Positions 15,921 to 22,889 of a stretch of 31,130 nt of DNA are shown here, piece by piece. The first letter of the stretch is position 1. Each line of letters opens with the position of its first letter. Below the pieces are notes generated by a model, which ran no database searches, had not been told where the DNA came from, and saw only the letters and a program-made list of their open reading frames with translations. A program made the translations under genes and the position numbers. Source of the DNA: Candidatus Methylomirabilota bacterium (GTDB lineage: Bacteria > Methylomirabilota > Methylomirabilia > Rokubacteriales > CSP1-6); assembly GCA_035254745.1 (NCBI GenBank), contig DATFAJ010000051.1:1-31130 (forward strand). Reading direction: 5' to 3'.

Positions 15921-16862
15921 TCATGCGCGGCCGAGCTCCGGATGGTCGACGGGAGCCAGCGCGACGTCCCACGCGGCGAGACGCTCGCGGACCTGGGCGA
16001 GGGTGGCGCGGACCACCGCCTTCTCCTGCGCGACGGTGGAGGCGCCGAGCCCGTGCTCCGCGGTGAGGGCCTCCGCGGCGAGCAGCGGCTCGCGGGCTCC
16101 CGCGGGCAAGAGCCAGGTGTTGCGGTAGCCGGCGAGGATCACGCGCTCCAGCATATCGCGAACCGCCAGGCCGACGGCGGCGCGTCCGGCGGCGTCGAGG
16201 CGCGGCAGCCGGTCGCCGAGCAGGGTCCACGCGAACAGCACGTGGCGCTGCTTGTCGCCGGCCACGAGCCGCAGGATCTGGCGCGCGGTCTCGTCGCGGC
16301 TGTGCCGGAGATGGCTCAGGCACAGATCGAGGTCGAGCTGATCGTCCAGGCAGCCGAGCGCGGCCACCACCGCCTCCACCGACACGTCGGGGTCGAGGGC
16401 CATCTGGGCGAAGGGCTGGTTGCTCGCGCGCGCGACCGCCTCGGCGGGAGTGGGCTCGTAGCCGCCCAGGTGCCGGGCGAAGAGGAAGCACGCCTCGAGG
16501 TGCTTGGCCTCCTCCGCGGGGCGGAAGGACAGGAAGAGCTTGGCGTCCATGCCGGCCGCTCCGGACTCGAGGCAGAAGCGGATCAGCAGCGCGGTGTTCT
16601 CGCCGAGGCCGGGGTAGGTGCCCCACGCCCGGCGGCTCCACACCAGCCGCGCCGCCTCGCGCACCGCGGGCGGGTACGCCCCGGGGTCGAAGCGGCGCCA
16701 CGCCACGTCGGTCTCGGGATTCCAGCGGAGCCCCTTGGCCTGGTGGTACAGCTCGCGCAGGACCGGGCTCTCGGTCGCGAAGCGCAGCGGGAACCGCCGC
16801 TCCAGGAAGCGCTTCTCCTGCGCCTGGTAGCCCCGCAACAGCCGATCGCTCGTCTCGGACAT
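15921..16862 (-). CDS. Ferritin-like paralog with degenerate diiron ligands, 313 aa
   Basis: Collinear with the downstream protein along its whole length (W.PETD..W, AARL.WSRR.WG, LL.RFCLE, LGGY.P, DPD.S.E, GYRN.WL, GLG, DHP.LG). Ligand positions read T82, E118xxH121, D173/174, K204xxH207. Confidence 0.8.
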   Translation of the reverse strand: MSETSDRLLRGYQAQEKRFLERRFPLRFATESPVLRELYHQAKGLRWNPETDVAWRRFDPGAYPPAVREAARLVWSRRAWGTYPGLGENTALLIRFCLESGAAGMDAKLFLSFRPAEEAKHLEACFLFARHLGGYEPTPAEAVARASNQPFAQMALDPDVSVEAVVAALGCLDDQLDLDLCLSHLRHSRDETARQILRLVAGDKQRHVLFAWTLLGDRLPRLDAAGRAAVGLAVRDMLERVILAGYRNTWLLPAGAREPLLAAEALTAEHGLGASTVAQEKAVVRATLAQVRERLAAWDVALAPVDHPELGRA

Positions 16863-16899
16863 GCCGTCGATGCCTTTCCGCGCCGCTCGCCCCGGCGCG

Positions 16900-16928
16900 A
16901 GGATAGAGGGGACACGGTGACGTGTCAA
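16900..16928 (-). promoter_or_regulatory. Putative sigma70-type promoter for the diiron/Mo-hydroxylase operon
   Basis: Minus strand TTGACA (16928-16923), 17 nt spacer, TATCCT (16905-16900). Near consensus. Confidence 0.72.
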
Positions 16929-16941
16929 ACGGCACCACCCC

Positions 16942-16970
16942 TTGACGCGGCGGCACTTTCGGCAGATTCT
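16942..16970 (+). promoter_or_regulatory. Putative sigma70-type promoter for the hypothetical + rhodanese pair
   Basis: TTGACG (16942-16947), 17 nt spacer, GATTCT (16965-16970). Confidence 0.5.
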
Positions 16971-17025
16971 CGGGCGCGGCTCGCGTGGTCGGCCCACATC
17001 GGAGAACCCGGCGGAGGAGGGGCGG

Positions 17026-17451
17026 ATGGCCTTGAGAATCCTGAGCGGCTTGCTGTTCATCAACGGCGGCCCGAAGGGCGGAACCGCGGTGATCACGTTC
17101 AATCCGTTCGCGCTCGCGACGGCTCCGTCCACCGTGAGCCTCAACAAGGCCCGGATCATCGGGGCCGACGGCGCGTTCAGGCAAAGGCCGGCCTCGATCG
17201 TCGCGGCGCGGCAGTTCGCCATCCTCGACGTGGACGCCACCTACCGGCTCCGCATCAACGACACGGTGACGACGACGTCCATCACCATCTCGTGGGCCGG
17301 GACGGGGCCGAGCTTCCACGAGGAGATTCCGTTCATGGTCGTGGGCGAGGTGCCCGACCCGCAGCCCATCCCGGGGCCGGGCCGACCACCGCGTCGCCCC
17401 CGGAAGGCGCCGAGGAGAAGGGCGGCCCGTGGAAGGAAGTCGCGGCGCTGA
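17026..17451 (+). CDS. Hypothetical beta-rich protein with a Pro linker and Arg/Lys-rich C-terminal tail, 141 aa
   Basis: Strong RBS GGAGGAGG, codon usage like its neighbours, stop 2 nt before the rhodanese ATG. Confidence 0.7.
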   Translation: MALRILSGLLFINGGPKGGTAVITFNPFALATAPSTVSLNKARIIGADGAFRQRPASIVAARQFAILDVDATYRLRINDTVTTTSITISWAGTGPSFHEEIPFMVVGEVPDPQPIPGPGRPPRRPRKAPRRRAARGRKSRR

Positions 17452-17453
17452 CC

Positions 17454-18335
17454 ATGGACCTGCGCGATCCCGACGCTCTGATCTCGACCGAGGGCCTGGC
17501 CGCGCGGCTCGGCCAGCCCGGGCTGCGCGTCTACGACTGCACGACCTATCTCGAGCCGCCCGATCCCGGCTCGGACGATCCCTACAAGGTGGTCGCGGGC
17601 CGGAAGACCTTCGTCGCGGCCCACGTCCCGGGGGCCGACTTCCTCGATCTGCAGGGCGAGCTCTCCGCGCTCGACACGCGGCTCAAGTTCACGATGCCGT
17701 CGGCCGAGCACCTGGCGCGCGCCTTCGGCCGGCACGGGCTCGGCGACGGGGCCCGCGTCGTGCTCTACAGCATCGGCAGCATGATGTGGGCCACGCGGGT
17801 CTGGTGGATGCTCCGCGCGCTCGGCTTCGACGGCGCGGCGGTGCTGGACGGCGGCTTCGACCGGTGGCAGGCCGAGGGCCGGGCGGTCGAGAGCGGCGAG
17901 CCGAAGGGCTATCCGCCCGCGACGTTCACGCCGCGGCCGCGCCCGGGGCGCTTCGTCGACCGGACCGCGGTCAAGGCCGCGATCGGCGACCCGCAAACCG
18001 TCACCGTGAACGCGCTCGGGCCGCAGTTCCACAAGGGGCTCGAGCCGTCACGCTACGGCCGGCCCGGCCGCGTGCCGGGCTCGGTCAACGTGCCGGCGGC
18101 GAGCCTGGTCGATCCGGCGACCAAGTGCTTCGTCTCGCCCGCGGACGCCATGGCCAGGTTCGCCGCGGCCGGCGTCGCGCGGGACCGGCGGGTGATCGCC
18201 TACTGCGGGGGCGGCATCTCCGCGACCATCGACCTGTTCCTGCTGCACCAGCTGGGCTTCGACGACCTCACGCTGTACGACGGCTCGATGGGGGAGTGGG
18301 CGAAGGACCCGAGCCTGCCGATCGAGACCGGGTAG
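17454..18335 (+). CDS. Tandem-domain rhodanese/sulfurtransferase (SseA/MPST-like), 293 aa
   Basis: HVPGA, ATRVWWMLRALG, VLDGGFDRW, GRVPGSVNVP, active-site loop YCGGGISA, LYDGSMGEW. Confidence 0.93.
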   Translation: MDLRDPDALISTEGLAARLGQPGLRVYDCTTYLEPPDPGSDDPYKVVAGRKTFVAAHVPGADFLDLQGELSALDTRLKFTMPSAEHLARAFGRHGLGDGARVVLYSIGSMMWATRVWWMLRALGFDGAAVLDGGFDRWQAEGRAVESGEPKGYPPATFTPRPRPGRFVDRTAVKAAIGDPQTVTVNALGPQFHKGLEPSRYGRPGRVPGSVNVPAASLVDPATKCFVSPADAMARFAAAGVARDRRVIAYCGGGISATIDLFLLHQLGFDDLTLYDGSMGEWAKDPSLPIETG

Positions 18336-18369
18336 GCTCGCTCCCGGCCGCGGTCGACGGCCTCCGGGC

Positions 18370-19470
18370 CTACGGCTGGGCGCGGTAGCGCTTGAGCGCG
18401 TCCGGGTCGACCGTCGCGCCGAGGCCCGGCTGATCCCCGAGCCGGATCGCGCCCGCGTCGAGCCGCACCGGCTCGACGACGACGTCGCCGGCCATCTTCA
18501 GCGGCCCCACCGCCTCGCAGCCGTCGACGATCGCGTCGGTGACCGAGGCCACCGCGGCTTCCGCCAGCGTCGAGAGGGTCAGGCCGAAGCCGTGCCCGAT
18601 CACGACGCGCAGGCCGGCGGCGGCGGCCAGCTCCACCATGGCCAGCGTGCGGAGCAGGCCGCCCTGTTTCATGACCTTCACCTTGACCAGGTCCGCCGCC
18701 TCGCGGCGGATGATCTCGATCAGCGAGGCGGGCCCGGTCACGCTCTCGTCCGCCATCAGGGGGATGCCGATGCCGCGACGGATCTCGGCCAGCCCGGCGA
18801 TGTCGTCGCGCGAGATGGGCTGCTCGACCAGCGTCAGGTCGTAGGGCTCGAGGCGCCGGATGAACGCCACCGCCTCCGCCGGCCGCAGGCTCTCGTTGAA
18901 ATCGACCCGCAGCGCCATCCGCGTGCCGACCGCCTCCCGCACCGCGGCCACCCGCGCGATGCCCTCGGGCCCGGCGCCCGAGACCTTGATCTTGGCCGAG
19001 CGGAAGCCGCGCCCGAGCCACGCGGTCGCCTCCCGCGCGGCCTGCGCGGGCGGCACGGTCCCGATCCAGGCGTTGAACGCGACCTCGTCCTTCACCCGGC
19101 CGCCCAGCAGCGAGTGGACGGCCACGCCGAGGGCGCGCGCCTTCAGGTCGACGAGGGCCATCTCCACCGCCGCGATCGCCTCGTAGCGCGCCTCCGCCTC
19201 GCGATCCATGACCGCCAGGGCCCGGCGCACGTTGAACGGGTCGGCCCCGGTGAGCGCCGGGCCGGCCCGCCGGACGGTGTCGTGCACCTCGGCGGCCGAC
19301 ATGGCCGAGTAGCCCGGAGTGGGATCCACGTTGCCCCAGCCCTCGAGGCCGGCGTCGCTCGTGACGCGCACCAGCACGCTGCGCTGGACCCGGGCGACGC
19401 CGTGCACGCCGTGGACCGGCTCGCGCAGCGGCACGTCGAGGAGGATCGGCTCGATATCGACGATGCGCAT
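18370..19470 (-). CDS. Enolase superfamily, muconate lactonizing enzyme/dipeptide epimerase-type subgroup, 366 aa
   Basis: KxK (SAKIK), metal ligands VDFNE, VEQP, ADES, second Lys in DLVKVKVMKQGG. Confidence 0.9.
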   Translation of the reverse strand: MRIVDIEPILLDVPLREPVHGVHGVARVQRSVLVRVTSDAGLEGWGNVDPTPGYSAMSAAEVHDTVRRAGPALTGADPFNVRRALAVMDREAEARYEAIAAVEMALVDLKARALGVAVHSLLGGRVKDEVAFNAWIGTVPPAQAAREATAWLGRGFRSAKIKVSGAGPEGIARVAAVREAVGTRMALRVDFNESLRPAEAVAFIRRLEPYDLTLVEQPISRDDIAGLAEIRRGIGIPLMADESVTGPASLIEIIRREAADLVKVKVMKQGGLLRTLAMVELAAAAGLRVVIGHGFGLTLSTLAEAAVASVTDAIVDGCEAVGPLKMAGDVVVEPVRLDAGAIRLGDQPGLGATVDPDALKRYRAQP

Positions 19471-19477
19471 GCCGGAG

Positions 19478-19506
19478 AGGATCTGCCCGCGGCGGCGCGG
19501 CGTCAA
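19478..19506 (-). promoter_or_regulatory. Putative promoter for the enolase-family gene (probably leaderless transcript)
   Basis: Minus strand TTGACG (19506-19501), 17 nt spacer, GATCCT (19483-19478). The ATG follows 7 nt later with no room for an RBS. Confidence 0.55.
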
Positions 19507-19513
19507 GGGGCCA

Positions 19514-19522
19514 TGCTATCCT
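19514..19522 (+). promoter_or_regulatory. Putative extended -10 promoter for the LLM gene (probably leaderless transcript)
   Basis: TG-C-TATCCT, 8 nt before ATG 19531. No Shine-Dalgarno. Confidence 0.55.
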
Positions 19523-19530
19523 CCGCGTCA

Positions 19531-20535
19531 ATGAAGCTCGGCACGTCCGTGCGCTTCCTGTTCCCGACGTCGCCGGCCACCCACGAGCGGTTTCGCGGCC
19601 TGGTGGCGTCGATGCCGAAGGGCGCGTTCATCGAGCGGCCGATGGGCGCCTACACGCCCGAGGAGCAGGCGCGCAACCTGATGGAGGTCGCCGCCGCGGC
19701 CCGCGCGGCCGGGCTGGACGGCCTCCTGACCGGCGACAGCCACGGCGCCAACCCGGGCTACGCGGCGACGTTCTCGCCGCTGCCCACCGTCGCCCGCCTG
19801 ATGAGCGTGACCGGCGACATGCCGATCGGGGTGGTCCTGCTCGCGCCGTTCTACCACCCGGTCCTGCTCGCCGAGCAGATCGGCACGCTCGCCGCGTTCG
19901 CGGGCGGGCCGCTGATCGTGACCTTCGTCCTGGGCGGCCGCCCGCCGCAGTTCCAGGCCTTCGGCATGGAGGAGAAGAGCCGGGTGGGCCGCCTCGAGGA
20001 GGTGGTGACGATCACGCGCGCGCTGCTCGCCGGCGAGCGCGTGACCCAGCGCGGCCGCTACTTCACGCTGGAGGGCGCCACGATCAGCCCGCTGCCCCGG
20101 GTCCCGGTGGAGATCTGGCTCGGCGGCACGGTGGCCGCGTCGGCCGAGCGCGCCGCGCGGCTGGGCGACGCCTGGCTCACCGGCCAGAACGCGACGGACG
20201 ACGAGCTCCGGCGCCAGCTCGACCTCTACCGTGCGGCGGCGGCGCGGGCCGGGCGGCCGGCGCGCCCGGTCCTGCGCCGCGACATCTACGTCGGCGAGTC
20301 CGACGAGGAGGCGCGCGCCGTGGTCGGCGCCATCCTCGCCGAGGGCTATCGCGGCACCGGCCTCGACCAGCTGCTGGTGGGCGGCGCGGCCACCGTCGTC
20401 GAGGGCCTGCGCCGATACCGGGCGATGGGCTTCGACTTCGTGATGGTGCGGCACATCGTGGGCGACCACCGGCTCATGCTGCGCTCGTTCGAGCGCATCG
20501 GCCGCGAGGTGATGCCGCGGATCCGGGATCTGTGA
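19531..20535 (+). CDS. LLM-class flavin-dependent oxidoreductase, 334 aa
   Basis: AGLDGLLTGDSH, HPVLLAEQIGTL, RLEEVVTITRALLAGERVTQRGRYF, PVEIWLGG, AERAARLGDAW, FERIGREVMP. Confidence 0.9.
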   Translation: MKLGTSVRFLFPTSPATHERFRGLVASMPKGAFIERPMGAYTPEEQARNLMEVAAAARAAGLDGLLTGDSHGANPGYAATFSPLPTVARLMSVTGDMPIGVVLLAPFYHPVLLAEQIGTLAAFAGGPLIVTFVLGGRPPQFQAFGMEEKSRVGRLEEVVTITRALLAGERVTQRGRYFTLEGATISPLPRVPVEIWLGGTVAASAERAARLGDAWLTGQNATDDELRRQLDLYRAAAARAGRPARPVLRRDIYVGESDEEARAVVGAILAEGYRGTGLDQLLVGGAATVVEGLRRYRAMGFDFVMVRHIVGDHRLMLRSFERIGREVMPRIRDL

Positions 20536-20549
20536 GGAGGGGCACGGGC

Positions 20550-20882
20550 GTGGCGGTCGCGGGCTGCTGGCGGGTGGCGCTCCTGGTGGCGATCATCATG
20601 ATCGCCGCGGCGGACGAGCAGCCCTACGTCATCTGGAGGAGCTCGGCCGTCAACGGCTTCACGTGGGAGCCGGCGAGCCGCGCGTACGACTCGAGGGCCG
20701 CGTGCGAGGACGCCATGCAGTCGCGGAAGCGCTGGGTGGCGCGCACCCTCGGCCTCATGCGGCGGCTCGGCGCCGACGACACCCTGCAGCACACGGTCGG
20801 CGACCGGATCTACGAGTGCCGCCCGACGCTCACCGGCCCGGGGCCCGACCCGCTCAGGAGCGGCGCGCCGCAGTCACCCTGA
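20550..20882 (+). CDS. Hypothetical small secreted protein with a Cys pair, about 110 aa
   Basis: GGAGG RBS 9 nt before GTG 20550 (alternative GTG 20532 overlaps the LLM stop). Hydrophobic signal ending in AAA-DE. Confidence 0.6.
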   Translation: MAVAGCWRVALLVAIIMIAAADEQPYVIWRSSAVNGFTWEPASRAYDSRAACEDAMQSRKRWVARTLGLMRRLGADDTLQHTVGDRIYECRPTLTGPGPDPLRSGAPQSP

Positions 20883-21161
20883 CGGGGTGAGGCGCCTGCC
20901 GGGGCGCGCGCGCTCGACGAGCTCGCGCGCTTCCGGGGCCATGTAGACCGCGTCGCTCTCCAGGTCGCCGAGGGCCCGCGCGAGGGCGCGGAGGCGATCC
21001 ACCAGGGGCGCGCGCTGGTCGATCAGCACGAGGTGCGCGCCCCGCACGAGGCAGAGCCCGCCGCCCATCGCGGCCGGCGTCTCGAAGGGCTCCGTCCGGA
21101 CCTCGACCCCGAGCCGCCCCGCGGCCTGGACCAGCTCGTCGAGGAGCTGCTGGGCGTCCAT
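20874..21161 (-). CDS. Conserved-looking hypothetical protein, 95 aa (IrrE/ImmA-like N-terminal fold lacking HExxH)
   Basis: AAGRLGVEVR.E, GGLCLVRG..LVLID..AP, LARAL, VYMAPEARELVE. Lies 19 nt downstream of the nitrilase-family gene. Confidence 0.65.
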   Translation of the reverse strand: MDAQQLLDELVQAAGRLGVEVRTEPFETPAAMGGGLCLVRGAHLVLIDQRAPLVDRLRALARALGDLESDAVYMAPEARELVERARPGRRLTPSG

Positions 21162-21180
21162 CAGGCTGAAGGTACCCGAC

Positions 21181-22017
21181 TCACGGGCTCGTGCTGCGGT
21201 AGAAGTACCCGGGGAATCGCCGGACCGCCGCGACGTCGACGTCGGCGTAGAGGATGCCCTCGTCCTCCCCCAGGCTCTGGATGAAGCCCGCCGCCGAGTT
21301 GGTGCCGCCGGCCTTCGTCCGGAACCAAGCGGCCAGCTCGGGCAGCGACGCGATGGGCGGGGGCACGCACACCGTGCTGTAGCCGCCCGCGCGGGGGAAC
21401 CGCTCCACCAGGCGGCCGTCGGCGTCGCGGAGCCGGAGCGCGCACGCCGCGATGTCGACGCCGATCACCGGCTTGCCGTAGTGCATGTGGCGGCCGATGA
21501 CGGTGGCGGGATAGGCCTCGCCGAGGGCGAACCACCACGACGGGTTGAAGACGATGTCCACCTCCTGCTCGACGAGGGACTCGATGCCCTCGGAGAAGAA
21601 GGCGAAGTCGGCGCAGATCACGATGCCGAGCCGCCCGATGTCGGTCTCGATCACGCGGTAGCCCTTGCCGGCCACCACCCCGTTGTCGATCTCGTTCTGC
21701 GTCGGGAAGCACTTCGGCTGGCGGCCGAGGATGCCGCCGTCGGGCCCGATCACGGTCGCGGTGTTGTGCCAGCTCGCCCGGGTGCCCTCGATCAGGCCGG
21801 CCACCACGAAGACGCCGAGGCGCCGCGCCGCCGCGCGGAGCTCGGCCTCGCCCACGCGGGGGTAGAGCTCGGGGAAGCAGACGCAGGCCGCGCCGCCCCG
21901 GGCCGCGGCCTCGAGCAGGTCGACCGCGTGGGCCACGTCGCCCGCGTTCCACATGTCCTCGAAGAGCTCCGACACCGGCCGCGCCTGGACGGCCGCGATC
22001 CGCACGGTTGGTCTCAT
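21181..22017 (-). CDS. Carbon-nitrogen hydrolase (nitrilase superfamily), 278 aa
   Basis: RIAAVQ, catalytic Glu FPE, HNTATVIGPDG, Lys QPKC, Cys ICAD, EGILYADVD. ATGA overlap with the permease. Confidence 0.9.
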   Translation of the reverse strand: MRPTVRIAAVQARPVSELFEDMWNAGDVAHAVDLLEAAARGGAACVCFPELYPRVGEAELRAAARRLGVFVVAGLIEGTRASWHNTATVIGPDGGILGRQPKCFPTQNEIDNGVVAGKGYRVIETDIGRLGIVICADFAFFSEGIESLVEQEVDIVFNPSWWFALGEAYPATVIGRHMHYGKPVIGVDIAACALRLRDADGRLVERFPRAGGYSTVCVPPPIASLPELAAWFRTKAGGTNSAAGFIQSLGEDEGILYADVDVAAVRRFPGYFYRSTSP

Positions 22018-22889
22018 GGGTTCCTTCCTCCCGCGCCCGCCCGGCGCGGATCCAGGAGATCGCGCTGGGCGTCCCCGAGCAGGTTGAAGCCGAGCACCGC
22101 GAGCATGATGGCGAGCCCCGGGGCCAGCACCAGCCACGGGGCGATGGTCATGTACTGGCGGCCGCGGCTCAGCATGCTGCCCCAGCTGGGCGCGGGCGGC
22201 TGGGTGCCGAGGCCGAGGAAGCTGAGCGCCGCCTCGACCAGGATCACGATCGAGAGGCTCAGGCTCGTCTGGACCGCGAGGGTGGGCGTGATGTTGGGCA
22301 GCAGGTGCGCCCCGAGGATGCGCGCGTGGGAGGCCCCGAGCGCGCGGGCGGCCTGGACGAAGTCCTGCGGCTTGAGCGCGAGGGTCGCGCTCCGGGTGAG
22401 CATCGCGAACTGGGGGAGCGTCAGCACCGCGATCGTGAGCACGAGATTGACCGTGCTGGGGCCGAGGGCCGCGACCAGCGCGATGGCGAGGAGGATCGGG
22501 GGAAAGGCGAAGAGCACGTCGAAGACCCGCATGGCGAGCAGGTCCGGCGCGCCGCCCCAGTAGCCGAGGCCCACCCCCACGGTGGTCCCGGCCAGCACCG
22601 CCAGCGCCACCGACGGGATCGCGACCCCGAGCGACACGCGGCTGCCGTAGAGGACGCGGCTCAGGATGTCGCGGCCCACCTCGTCCGTGCCGAGCCAGAA
22701 GCGGAGGTCCGGCGGCCGGATCTCCGCGCCCGGGAAGATCGTGGTGGGCCCGTACGGGGCGAGCCACGGGGCGGCCAGCGCCGCCACCAGCAGGACGGCG
22801 ACGATGAGGCCGCCCGCCAGGAACGATCCGCTCCGCAGCGCCCGGGGCACCCGCGGCGGGGCCGGCGTGTCGCTGGGCTCGCCGCTCAC
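22014..22889 (-). CDS. Dpp/Opp-type ABC transporter permease (DppC-like), 291 aa
   Basis: WLGTDEVGRDILSR, FVQAARALGAS..RI...HLLPN, EAALSFLGLGTQPPAPSWGSM. Confidence 0.95.
   Translation of the reverse strand: MSGEPSDTPAPPRVPRALRSGSFLAGGLIVAVLLVAALAAPWLAPYGPTTIFPGAEIRPPDLRFWLGTDEVGRDILSRVLYGSRVSLGVAIPSVALAVLAGTTVGVGLGYWGGAPDLLAMRVFDVLFAFPPILLAIALVAALGPSTVNLVLTIAVLTLPQFAMLTRSATLALKPQDFVQAARALGASHARILGAHLLPNITPTLAVQTSLSLSIVILVEAALSFLGLGTQPPAPSWGSMLSRGRQYMTIAPWLVLAPGLAIMLAVLGFNLLGDAQRDLLDPRRAGAGGRNP

Noticed and set aside
17026-18335. Frameshifted or read-through fusion of the hypothetical protein with the rhodanese
   Set aside because: The stop and the next ATG are out of frame (2-nt gap), the rhodanese is complete on its own, and I see no slippery sequence or SECIS-like hairpin.
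18336-18369. GC-rich imperfect hairpin between converging rhodanese and enolase-family genes as a terminator
   Set aside because: The stem is interrupted and has no U-tract on either strand. Such pairings arise by chance at this GC content.
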